From Fimbriimonadaceae bacterium (GTDB lineage Bacteria; Armatimonadota; Fimbriimonadia; Fimbriimonadales; Fimbriimonadaceae): a stretch of 64,000 nt of DNA. Below, piece after piece: positions 25,336-35,834 of the stretch. The stretch covers positions 153,509-217,508 of the forward strand of contig JBGAHK010000003.1 of assembly GCA_044226215.1 (NCBI GenBank), given 5' to 3'. The number at the start of each line of letters is the position of its first letter. The stretch's first letter is position 1. Under the pieces are notes generated by a model. The model was given only the letters and a program-made list of their open reading frames with translations, ran no database searches and was not told the DNA's origin. The translations under genes were made by a program, and so were the position numbers.

Positions 25336-25518
25336 GTTCTCGGCAAAAACTTACAGTTCCGACGATTTTTCGCGGGTGTTTTCGGCGAAAACTTACAATT
25401 CCGATCATCGGACTTCGAAGTCTGAAGGACAGAATGGGGTGTTTTCGCCGAAAACTTACCATTCCATTCATCGGGTTTTGAAAGTTGAAGGACGGAATGA
25501 GGAGTTTTCGCCGAAAAA
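25336..25518. repeat. intergenic tandem array: four copies of a 15-bp palindromic core GTTTTCGNCGAAAAC + TTACNNTTCC, two of them within full 63-bp units
   Basis: Cores start at 25336, 25378, 25441 and 25504 (spacing 42, 63, 63 bp). Units 25378-25440 and 25441-25503 match over their whole length, roughly three quarters identical by eye. The region is much less GC-rich than its flanks. Confidence 0.85.
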
Positions 25519-25560
25519 ATACGCGGAAGAGGGCCGACCGAGCTTCTCGCGTAACGATCC

Positions 25561-26145
25561 ATGCGAGCGCAGGTACCCTCGAACCGTATGACGGCGGATT
25601 CCGGAACCCAAGCGCTGGATATCTTGGAGCGATTGCTGGCCCACTTTTCGGAAGCACCGCTCGAGGTCGAACGACGCTCGATGTCGATCGTGGTGACCCC
25701 AAAGCTCGACGAGACATTCCCCGTAACGATCTACGACCTCGGCGAGGAGTCGATGATCGCGGCGGGCGCCTGGCACACCCACATCGCCGATCCCGAGGAA
25801 GCCGCATTTTGCGTCTACTGGCTCTTGACGCCGTACTATCGGGTGGTCGAAGAGTCCAAGGGCCGGTTGCTCGTCGCCACATGGATCGAGCGATTTGGCG
25901 AAGACGGCTGGGACGGCTCCGATCCGGTCTATTTCATCAATCCCGAGCATCCTGCGAGTTGGGAATTGGCCCCGGACGAGACGTTCGTCAGGCGATATCG
26001 CTGTCAATGGCTCCTCCCTTCGGTCGTGTCGTACGCAACCATTGAACCGAACGCCGAACTCGACGGGGACGAGCTCCCCGTCCCCGGGCAATCGGGATTG
26101 TGGGAAATCGAGGACCAAAGTCCGGTCGGCTTAACTTTGCTTTAA
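25561..26145 (+). CDS. hypothetical protein (no recognisable domain)
   Basis: 194-aa ORF with GC-rich third positions. No signal peptide. Start uncertain (ATG 25561 or 25588). Confidence 0.5.
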   Translation: MRAQVPSNRMTADSGTQALDILERLLAHFSEAPLEVERRSMSIVVTPKLDETFPVTIYDLGEESMIAAGAWHTHIADPEEAAFCVYWLLTPYYRVVEESKGRLLVATWIERFGEDGWDGSDPVYFINPEHPASWELAPDETFVRRYRCQWLLPSVVSYATIEPNAELDGDELPVPGQSGLWEIEDQSPVGLTLL

Positions 26146-26222
26146 CAAGCCACAAAACCTGCAGTAAGATAGGACATCAGTGGTTAGTCATTGGACTAGC
26201 TTTTGAGAGAAAGGAAAAACAT

Positions 26223-26882
26223 ATGCATCTCAACAGCTGTCGGGGCTTGTTCCTCATGAGCCTCCTATCCGCATCATGGTCGGTTGCCCATGCCGTGGTC
26301 CTCGATCCCGGGAAGGTCGTCGACGTACCCGAATTCGACGGGCTTCTCGAAGGCGACTTTGTGGAGCAGAAGACCGACCTCGTCGAACTCAAAGACGCCG
26401 ACGGAAAGGTCTGCTCGAAGGGCCTCGTCTTCTCGGTGATCACGAAAAAAGACGGGAAACTTCAGTTCTACTACGTGCTCCGCAACGATGCGTCCTCGAT
26501 GGGCAAGTTCGTTCGTCTGGGACTTGCGGACTTTACGGGCTGCAAGACGGACGTCGACGCCGATAAGTCGCCTCATAGTGATGGCACGGAAGGCTCGATC
26601 TTTCCCGGCAAGGCCGACCGGAGCAACGACGGGAAGTTCGTTAACTTTGTATTTTCGGGCGCTCCCAAAGAGCAGCGCGTGCTGCCGGGCGATCAGTCGG
26701 CCCGCATCCGAATCAAGACCGACGCCACGCAGTATCAGCGCGGGGCGGCCTCATTCCGGGATGACAAGGGCTGCGTCGGCTTCACCCAGACCCTGGTGCC
26801 GCAATGCGTGGCCCCCGAGCCGGGCAGCATGATCGCCATGGCCGTCGGTGCTCTGGCGCTCGTCCGCCGGAAACGCGCCTAA
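26223..26882 (+). CDS. PEP-CTERM sorting domain protein
   Basis: The ATG at 26223 follows AAGGAAAA. Signal peptide MHLNSCRGLFLMSLLSASWSVAHA. C-terminus APEPGSMIAMAVGALALVRRKRA has the PEP motif, a TM helix and a basic tail. Confidence 0.75.
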   Translation: MHLNSCRGLFLMSLLSASWSVAHAVVLDPGKVVDVPEFDGLLEGDFVEQKTDLVELKDADGKVCSKGLVFSVITKKDGKLQFYYVLRNDASSMGKFVRLGLADFTGCKTDVDADKSPHSDGTEGSIFPGKADRSNDGKFVNFVFSGAPKEQRVLPGDQSARIRIKTDATQYQRGAASFRDDKGCVGFTQTLVPQCVAPEPGSMIAMAVGALALVRRKRA

Positions 26883-28381
26883 ACCGTAAACTCGACGCCC
26901 TGGGCCAACGCCGGGGCGTCGGTTCCAAAGTACGTCGTCGACGTTTGCCGGCGCATGTACGCTTTCCACGAGTCGGACCCGGATTCACGTCCGCCGCCCG
27001 TCTCTTTCTCGCCGCCAAACGCGCCGCCGATTTCCGCGCCGCTCGTTCCGATGTTCACGTTCGCGATCCCGCAATCGCTGTGGCGCTTAAAGTACTCAGC
27101 TTCGCGCACGTCGGTCGTCATGATCGCCGAACTGAGACCTTGCGGCACGGAGTTATGGATGGCGAGCGCTTCATCGAGCGTGTCGTACGGGATCAGGTAC
27201 GTGATCGGCGCAAAGGTCTCCTCGTCGATCGTGGAGCTGTTGCGTTCCAACCGAACGAGCGCCGGGCGCACATAATGGCCGCCCAGATCGGTCCGCGTCC
27301 GCTCGCCGCCAACGATGGTGGCCGCTTCCGGCTTGACGCGCTCCAGGGCTCGCTGCATGTTGTCGAACGCCATCTCGTCGATGAGCGGGCCGACCAGCGT
27401 GGCGCCATCGAGCGGATCGCCGACTTTGGATTCACCGATCTGGCGGTACGCACCTTCGAGCATGCCGAAGATTCGGTCCGCTAGCGAACGGTGAACGATG
27501 ACGCGACGCGTGCTGGTGCAGCGCTGACCCGCCGTGCCGACGCTTCCAAACAGGATGCTGGGCAGCGCGACGTTCAGATCTGCACTCGGCGTGACGATGA
27601 TCGCGTTGTTCCCGCCGAGTTCGAGCAGAGCGCGGCCAAATCGTCCGGCGACGGCGGGGCCGACGGTGCGACCCATCCGCGTCGAGCCCGTCGCGCTGAT
27701 CAGCGGAATGCGGCGGTCCTCCACCAGTTGCATGCCAGCCGGAATCGCCCCCAATGCGACCTGGCTAAGATGGGTGGGTGCCTCGGGAATTTGGGCAGCC
27801 GCCTCTTCGAAGAGGTGCTGGACCGCGAGCGCCGTGAGGGGCGTCTTTTCGCTCGGCTTCCAGATGCACGAGTCACCGCATACCAGCGCAAGGCAGGCGT
27901 TCCACGACCAGACGGCGACCGGGAAATTGAACGCGCTGATGATGCCGATCGGCCCGAGGGGAAGCCACGTCTCCTGCATCACATGGTTCGGTCGCTCGCT
28001 CGCGATCGTCAAGCCGTAGAGCTGTCGCGACAGGCCCACTGCGAAATCGCAGATGTCGATCATCTCCTGGACTTCGCCTCGACCTTCCGTGAGGATCTTG
28101 CCGCACTCGATGGTCACGAGCCGGGCGAGCGCCTCTTTGTTCTCGCGGAGCTTTTCACCGAAGATGCGCACGAGTTCGCCCCGGCGCGGCGCAGGCACTT
28201 CGCGCCAAGCGTGAAACGCCTCGACCGATTGCGCGATCATCTTGTCGATCTCGGCTTGAGAGTGAGCGCGAAGCCGCGCGATCTCCTTGCGGTCGATCGG
28301 GGAGGTGACGACGAGGTCCTCGCCGGCATATTGGCCAAGTTGCGGAATCAAGCGAAGTTCGTCGAGTTGGGAGGCGATCAT
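26879..28381 (-). CDS. aldehyde dehydrogenase, ALDH7 (aminoadipate-semialdehyde/piperideine-6-carboxylate dehydrogenase)-like
   Basis: 500 aa. Catalytic Glu region LELGGNNAIIV and catalytic Cys region GTAGQRCTSTRR. Confidence 0.85.
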   Translation of the reverse strand: MIASQLDELRLIPQLGQYAGEDLVVTSPIDRKEIARLRAHSQAEIDKMIAQSVEAFHAWREVPAPRRGELVRIFGEKLRENKEALARLVTIECGKILTEGRGEVQEMIDICDFAVGLSRQLYGLTIASERPNHVMQETWLPLGPIGIISAFNFPVAVWSWNACLALVCGDSCIWKPSEKTPLTALAVQHLFEEAAAQIPEAPTHLSQVALGAIPAGMQLVEDRRIPLISATGSTRMGRTVGPAVAGRFGRALLELGGNNAIIVTPSADLNVALPSILFGSVGTAGQRCTSTRRVIVHRSLADRIFGMLEGAYRQIGESKVGDPLDGATLVGPLIDEMAFDNMQRALERVKPEAATIVGGERTRTDLGGHYVRPALVRLERNSSTIDEETFAPITYLIPYDTLDEALAIHNSVPQGLSSAIMTTDVREAEYFKRHSDCGIANVNIGTSGAEIGGAFGGEKETGGGRESGSDSWKAYMRRQTSTTYFGTDAPALAQGVEFTV

Positions 28382-28430
28382 GCCTAAGGTGTACCTCAGG
28401 ACGAGGCTGCCTCAGATATGCTGAGGTCCC

Positions 28431-29671
28431 GTGGCCCGCCCTCGACTCCCTGCCGCCCTGCGACATCGCGAGTTTCGTAACTACCTGACGGGGGCGTTCA
28501 TCTCGAATGTGGGCAGCAATGTGCAGGCGAGCGCGATCGCGTGGCACGTCTATCACCTCACCGGTTCGTCCTTCATGGTCGGCATGCTCGGCCTCGCCCG
28601 TGTGGTGCCGCTGCTGCTGTTTGCCCTGTTCGGTGGGGTGCTCGCGGACCAGGCGGATCGCCGCAAAGTCATGCTCGCGACCCAGACGACGATGGCGCTT
28701 CTCGCGCTGCTCCTGTTCTATGGCGCGACTCAATCGGGGCTTCCCATCGCCGGTCTGTTCGCGATCGTGTCCGTGAATTCGATCGCCCGCGCATTCGATG
28801 GTCCCGCCCGGCAAGCGCTTCAAGTCGGGCTAGTGCCGATCGAGGACTATCCGCAGTCCGCGAGTCTGAACGGGGTGGCGTGGCGGATGAGCGATGTGCT
28901 CGGCCCGATCATCGCCGGCTTTATGATCGCCTGGAGCGGCATCGGCAGCTATTCCGGTCTCGCCCTCTGCTATTTCGTGAACTTCTTATCGTTCCTGGCC
29001 GTGATCATCGCGGTCTGGCATTTGCGCGGCACCAAGCCGCCCGAGCCTGCCGACCGCCCGCGTTCGGTCCGCGACGTCTTCCGCCAGATCGGCGAGGGCT
29101 GGACCTTTGTGAACCGGACGCCGCCGGTGCGCCACGCCATGTGGATCGACTTCTGGGCGACGTTTCTCAGCGGCGCGGAGGCGCTGCTGCCCGCTTTCGC
29201 GCATTCGATTCTGCGGCTGGGCCCGCAGGGTTTTGGCATCCTTAGCGCGTCGGGCGGCATTGGGGCCCTCATCGCGGCGGGAGGCATGTCGATTCGTCCC
29301 ACGATTCGGCATCAGGGCCGAGTCGTCATCATGATGATCGCCTCTTACGGCCTCTTCACGATCTTCTTCGGCCTCTCCCAAAACCTGTGGATGGCCGCGT
29401 TCTGCTTGGCCCTGGTCGGGGCCAGCGATATGATCAGCACGGTGCTGCGGCAGACGATCCGTCAGCTCGCGACGCCCGATGAGCTCCGTGGACGCATGAA
29501 TGCCACGTGCAGCCTGTTCCACATGTCAGGTCCGCAGCTTGGTGACTTCGAAGCGGGAGCGGTGGCCCGGTTTGGCGGCGAACGGTTCTCGATCGTGCTG
29601 GGCGGGGCGCTGTGCATGCTCGTGGCCGCCCACTGGACCCGGGCGAAGCAACTCGTGGATTACGTCCACGA

Positions 29672-29675
<4 letters not shown>
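28431..29675 (+). CDS. MFS transporter (EntS/DUF894-like)
   Basis: 414 aa, about 12 TM segments. N-terminus FRNYLTGAFISNVGSNVQ. GTG start. Confidence 0.8.
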
Positions 29676-31219
<1,544 letters not shown>

Positions 31220-31264
31220 ACCCTTATTTTGAAGGATGTGGCCTAGGTTTAGCCGACGCGCGTG

Positions 31265-32362
31265 CTATTCGCCGACGAGATCGAAATTCGTGCTCAGGAT
31301 TCCGTAGTCGAACACGGTGACTGCGCTGTCGCCATCGAGGTCGGCATCGACTGGGGCGAAGCCGTTATCGCCAACATAGGTCCAATCCGCGTCCGCTGCG
31401 CTTCGGTCGAAGTAGTCGCTGAGGACACCGTAGTCGAAGACGGACACGACGTTATCGCCATCGATGTCGCCGTTTTTCAGGGCGAGCGTGCCGACGTCGA
31501 TCGAGTTATCCACGCTGACGGCAGGGGTGAGCCGAGACAGCCAGTGGCTGGCTTTCACGCGGACCTGAGCGGTGCCGGTTGCCGCGGTCGGTATCGAGAA
31601 GGCCCCGGCAGCGTCGAGATAGACCGGCGTGGACTCGATCGTCACGTCGTTCTGGACCACTTCGACGATCACGAGTTGGTCGAGGGGACCGGGGTCAAAG
31701 TCGCCAAGCGCGACATGGCCGCTGATTCGAGTCTGGTGCGAGAGCAACATCGCGCGACCTTCGGGCAGCACGCGATACAGGTCGCCTCCGCCCTCATGCC
31801 CACCCCGGACGAATTGGAAGCAGCGTGTCGATCCCGAGATGTTCTGTGACCAGTTCCACGAGTAGTAGGCCTGGGCAGTGCGCCCGATTACGGCCAAAAA
31901 CCAGCGAGGATTGGCGGTGTTGTTGGCGGCCAGAGTCACCGGAGTTGGCAGGTCGAGCGAGTAGTGGACCATGCCGCTGGGATCGGAGCTGGTCGTTGGA
32001 ATCTGGAAGTCGTAGGCTTTTTCGGCTTTCGCGCCCGAGCCGCGAAAGACGCCGTACGGCTGGTAGGCGATCGTGCCGGGATCCTGTTTCCAAAACTCGA
32101 TTTGGAAGCCCTTTTCGCACGCGCCCACGCCCCACCACTCGACGTGGTCGATCGTGGAGGATTGGGTCAGAACAAAGTCAGCATAAATGATGGAGTCCCC
32201 ATCGAGGTCGTTGCCTTGCCCGCTCAAGTCGACCCAGAGCTGGGATGATCGGAGGGTCCCACCGCCTGCCTTGGGCGGCTGATTGCAGAACTGTCCGGCC
32301 ATAACCGGAGTGAGGGCGAGCACCAAGGTTGCGCCGCCCAGAATACGGAGCACATTCACCAT
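31265..32362 (-). CDS. secreted protein: unknown N-terminal domain + beta-sandwich + dockerin-like double EF-hand C-terminus
   Basis: 365 aa with a signal peptide. C-terminus NGDIDGDNVVSVFDYGVLSDYFD...DADLDGDSAVTVFDYGILSTNFD. Paralog of 54033-55061. Confidence 0.7.
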   Translation of the reverse strand: MVNVLRILGGATLVLALTPVMAGQFCNQPPKAGGGTLRSSQLWVDLSGQGNDLDGDSIIYADFVLTQSSTIDHVEWWGVGACEKGFQIEFWKQDPGTIAYQPYGVFRGSGAKAEKAYDFQIPTTSSDPSGMVHYSLDLPTPVTLAANNTANPRWFLAVIGRTAQAYYSWNWSQNISGSTRCFQFVRGGHEGGGDLYRVLPEGRAMLLSHQTRISGHVALGDFDPGPLDQLVIVEVVQNDVTIESTPVYLDAAGAFSIPTAATGTAQVRVKASHWLSRLTPAVSVDNSIDVGTLALKNGDIDGDNVVSVFDYGVLSDYFDRSAADADWTYVGDNGFAPVDADLDGDSAVTVFDYGILSTNFDLVGE

Positions 32363-32558
32363 TCATCAACCTGATTCCGCTGGGTGCATCCGCGACCCTA
32401 TCGATGGTTCGCGGGCGATAAGTCGGGCGGAACAGGCCAATCACCGACCTTCAACTCCATTGTGGTCCCCAATTGAGGCGCACGCTGAATCTTGTCCTGC
32501 AAACCGATGACGGCCGGGAACCGATTTCCCAATTCATGCGCTGAACCAGCCATCCACC

Positions 32559-33545
32559 ATGCCACCGAAACCCTCTTGGAAGCGCTCCGCCAAGACCTTC
32601 GCTCCAGCCTGGGCGCTGCTGGTCATCGTTTGGCTGACGCTACTCGTCCTGCCAGCGGGGAATCTGCTCACTGCCCTGGTGCTGACGATGCCGACGTTGG
32701 TCTGGCCCTTCTTCGTCTTGCCGTGGCTCGTCGCGGGATGGATCCGAAAGAACGGTCGCTTGGTCGCTCTTGCGGCGGCGACTTTCGCCCTGGCGTGGAT
32801 GCTCATGGTCGGGGCGCCCAGCTTCGGCGGAGTCGTCGCCACGGAGCCGCACGATCTCAAGGTGATGACCTACAACGTCGAGTTCGCATACGAGGGCGAA
32901 GAGAGATTGGCGCAAACCGTCGCCAAGCTCGACCCGGATGTTCTGTTCGTCCAAGAATCGATCGCTCCGGTCGATCGTCTGCATCCGGTCGAGGCGATCC
33001 AGCGTGGATTGCCGCACCATTTCGTGGCGAAATCCTTTGACTTGACCATCTTCTCGCGCTTTCCGATTCAGGAATTGGCACCGGTGGAAGTCCCGGGTTT
33101 GCCGCGCCGCCGGTGGTTTCAACGAGCCGCGATCCAGGTGAATGGCAAAACGGTCCAGCTCATGAACGTGCATTTCGCTGCCGAGCACCTCGAGCAGTAC
33201 TCGGGCTGGGCCAAGCTTGGGCGGATGATCGATGTCGATCGATTTCGCCTGATTCAGTCTCAGTTGGTCACATCGATCGTCCCGAAGATCGACGGGCCGC
33301 TCATTGTTGCTGGCGACATGAACCAGCAACCCACAGGCCCGGGGTATCGAGAACTGCGTGCGCACCTTCGCGACGCCTTCGCCCTGAGCGGTCGCGGTTA
33401 TGGCTGGACGCTGACCACGCACATCCCCACCAAACGTGTCGATTACATCTGGCTCGGTGCCGGTCTTGAATGCGTCGGGGCCGATGTTCCGAACGTCGAT
33501 GCGTCGGACCATCGGCCCCTGATGACCTGGCTCAGGTTGCGCTAG
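32559..33545 (+). CDS. membrane-anchored endonuclease/exonuclease/phosphatase (EEP) family protein
   Basis: 328 aa with 3-4 N-terminal TM helices. Motifs: LKVMTYNVEF, VAGDMNQQP, ASDHRPLMTWLRL. Confidence 0.7.
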   Translation: MPPKPSWKRSAKTFAPAWALLVIVWLTLLVLPAGNLLTALVLTMPTLVWPFFVLPWLVAGWIRKNGRLVALAAATFALAWMLMVGAPSFGGVVATEPHDLKVMTYNVEFAYEGEERLAQTVAKLDPDVLFVQESIAPVDRLHPVEAIQRGLPHHFVAKSFDLTIFSRFPIQELAPVEVPGLPRRRWFQRAAIQVNGKTVQLMNVHFAAEHLEQYSGWAKLGRMIDVDRFRLIQSQLVTSIVPKIDGPLIVAGDMNQQPTGPGYRELRAHLRDAFALSGRGYGWTLTTHIPTKRVDYIWLGAGLECVGADVPNVDASDHRPLMTWLRLR

Positions 33546-35737
33546 CCGCTCCTCTTCGGTTCGATTTTAAGAACCGCTTTCAGGTGCGAAAGCGCCTTGA
33601 GTTGGACGGCCGTACCGCGGACCCACACGATCTTTCGCTTGGGTTCCGATTTCGTCACGGTCAGTCCCAGCGCGCGAATGGCTTTAAGCGTTGCCGCATC
33701 CACCTTGCGTACCGTGATCATGGCGTCGATGGCGGGAGCCGAAATATTCTTTGACTTTCGCGCGAGATCCTCTTTCTCTTCCGTCTTGGCGGCGGAAGCA
33801 AACGATCCCCCGGCTCTGCGTCCGCCGCCGGCGATTAAGCCTGGATTGCCGGCCGTGGACATGGGCGCCCCGCTTTGCGCAAAGCGATCCGCCGAAAGCC
33901 CGTCGGCGAGGGGAACCGGCACCGGAACCGTCTCGACCTTTCCGGTTCGATTGCTGATGCGCGTATCGACGGCCACAAAGGAAGTGAACGCGGTCATGAT
34001 CGAGTAGTCAAGACCGATGCGCTCGATCTCCTTCTGCGTACCCGTGGCATCCACGGTCGAGCCTGAGACGGTCCGGACGTAATCCGAGCGGGTCAGATCA
34101 TCGACCTTCTGCCGCGCCCAAAGGCTCATGAGGCTGTTGCTATTCGTGCTCTCGGCCGGAAAGTTGACAGCGGTCGATTGGCTCCATTCTTCCTGCCCGA
34201 GGCGGCCCCGAAGCCGCAACTGTCCCTGGCCCGGCTGCCTAAAGCGGCCCGTTACCACAACCGGGCGATCGCGCATCACGTCCGGAATCTGGCGCGGGAA
34301 CACGTCGTAAACATCGAGTCCATCGATATCGACGGCGACATCGGTGAGGACCGGCGTCGAGAGCGTCTTCGCGAAGTCGTCCACCACTTTGTCGACCGCG
34401 GTGTTCAGCGTGACCACTTCGCACAGTCCCTTGCCCTCGGACGACATCGATTCGACGAGGTAGCGGTTCACGCTCGATCCGATGCCAAACGTGAACATGC
34501 GGCTCTCGCCTCGGTGGTCCTGAATCGCTTTCAGGATCTGACCTTCGTTGCCAATAAATCCGTCCGTGTTAAAGACCACGTATCGGACGCGCATCGGGTC
34601 GTCGGGGCTGCCCAAGGCGGCCTCGACGGCCTTGCAGAGTTCGGTTCCGCCCGAAGCGTCGAGACCACTCACAAACGCTTTGGCGCGAGCGACGTTATCC
34701 GGCGTGCGCGGCAGCGACTGCGGGAAGGCCCAGCGCACATCGTTGCTGAAGCTGATCACGTTGAACGTGTCGTGTGGGTTCATTTTGTCGAGCAGTCGCA
34801 AGGTGAGTTCCTTCGACTTTTCGATCGGCATGCCGGCCTGGCTACCGCTCTGGTCCATCACGAAAATCATCTCCTTCGGTGCGATCTGGGCGGCGGAAGG
34901 TCGTTTCGGCGGCATCAGAATCAGCGTGAAGAAGCCGCCCTTCTGGGGGTCGCGATAGGTGAGCAGCGCGTCCTTGACCTCGTTGGTCGCGACCGTGTAC
35001 CGAAGAATGAAATCCTTGTTCGGAATTTCGTCCGCGTTTTTGAGTGCGACATGAGCGGTCCGCTCGCTGGGACGCTCCACCTTGATCGGCTGCTGTACGG
35101 AATTCAGCGACTGAATCTTGGCACCGGCGTCGACATTCACATCAATCGAGATATTCGCCCCGTTGCGCAAGTTGGGCACGATGGGCGGGGTGACCTTTTG
35201 GGGATCGGGAGTATGGCCCAGATACCGGGGCCCGACCACCATCGGAAACGCGAACTCGAATTCGCCACTGTCGAATTTGAGTAACTCGACGTAGCTGATC
35301 TCGACGTCGATCTTCGCGCCGGGCGCGATGTTCGCCACCGATTGGGTGAAGATGTTGGGGCGCTCTTGGTTTAGCAGTGCAGCCGCCTGACCCGCATTCC
35401 TGGCCGCCTCATAGATCGCCTTGGCCTCGTCGCGGCGCTTGATCTGGCCGATCACGGTGCGCGTGCCGATGACCATTTTCATGCGGTCGACGGCCGATTT
35501 CTCGGAAAGGGGAAAGGTGTAAATGGCCTCGATGGGCTTGGTCGACGGATTCCGGAAGGTTTGCCGAACCGTCACGCGGGCGCCCATCCCCGCGATGTTC
35601 GCGACCACCGTCGTGCGTTCCAAAGGGCAGCGAACGGCAGATCCGGTGCTGACCAATTCGCCCGGGGGGGCGAGTTGACTCGGCGCTTGGGCTTGCCCCA
35701 GCAGGGCTGTCGATACGATCAAAGATGCGAATAGCAT
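33542..35737 (-). CDS. VIT domain + von Willebrand factor A domain secreted protein
   Basis: 731 aa with a signal peptide. VIT-like YTFPLSEKSAVDRMKMVIGTRTVIGQIKRRDEAKAIYEAA. vWA MIDAS motif IFVMDQSGSQAG. Confidence 0.8.
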   Translation of the reverse strand: MLFASLIVSTALLGQAQAPSQLAPPGELVSTGSAVRCPLERTTVVANIAGMGARVTVRQTFRNPSTKPIEAIYTFPLSEKSAVDRMKMVIGTRTVIGQIKRRDEAKAIYEAARNAGQAAALLNQERPNIFTQSVANIAPGAKIDVEISYVELLKFDSGEFEFAFPMVVGPRYLGHTPDPQKVTPPIVPNLRNGANISIDVNVDAGAKIQSLNSVQQPIKVERPSERTAHVALKNADEIPNKDFILRYTVATNEVKDALLTYRDPQKGGFFTLILMPPKRPSAAQIAPKEMIFVMDQSGSQAGMPIEKSKELTLRLLDKMNPHDTFNVISFSNDVRWAFPQSLPRTPDNVARAKAFVSGLDASGGTELCKAVEAALGSPDDPMRVRYVVFNTDGFIGNEGQILKAIQDHRGESRMFTFGIGSSVNRYLVESMSSEGKGLCEVVTLNTAVDKVVDDFAKTLSTPVLTDVAVDIDGLDVYDVFPRQIPDVMRDRPVVVTGRFRQPGQGQLRLRGRLGQEEWSQSTAVNFPAESTNSNSLMSLWARQKVDDLTRSDYVRTVSGSTVDATGTQKEIERIGLDYSIMTAFTSFVAVDTRISNRTGKVETVPVPVPLADGLSADRFAQSGAPMSTAGNPGLIAGGGRRAGGSFASAAKTEEKEDLARKSKNISAPAIDAMITVRKVDAATLKAIRALGLTVTKSEPKRKIVWVRGTAVQLKALSHLKAVLKIEPKRSG

Positions 35738-35799
35738 GTCTCCTCCAAAGCTGAGTGCTCGATCGATGATCAGACGTTCGAAAGTTTTTCGCGAAACGC

Positions 35800-35828
35800 T
35801 TGCATTCGCGTCTGGCGTCTTGTATAGT
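35800..35828 (+). promoter_or_regulatory. sigma70-like promoter TTGCAT-17 nt-TATAGT, positioned for a leaderless transcript
   Basis: -35 TTGCAT at 35800-35805 and -10 TATAGT at 35823-35828. The ATG at 35835 begins 7 nt after the -10 hexamer, and no Shine-Dalgarno lies between. Confidence 0.4.
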
Positions 35829-35834
35829 ATCTAT

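Noticed and set aside
25336-25518. CRISPR array, suggested by the 63-bp periodicity and palindromic repeat cores
   Set aside because: The entire 63-bp unit is conserved between copies, so there are no unique spacers. There are only about 3.5 copies, and no cas genes or leader are present.
25313-25591. 92-aa ORF with repeated FSAKTY/FSPKTY peptide motifs
   Set aside because: It is simply the translation of the tandem DNA repeat. The region has atypically low GC and no GC3 bias, there is no ribosome-binding site, and the ORF runs into the next gene's start.
31268-31480. A cellulosome (dockerin-cohesin scaffold) system
   Set aside because: The Ca-loop pairs are dockerin-like, but no cohesin or scaffoldin gene is recognisable. 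The carriers are mostly not glycoside hydrolases. I have kept this as an open question rather than a call.
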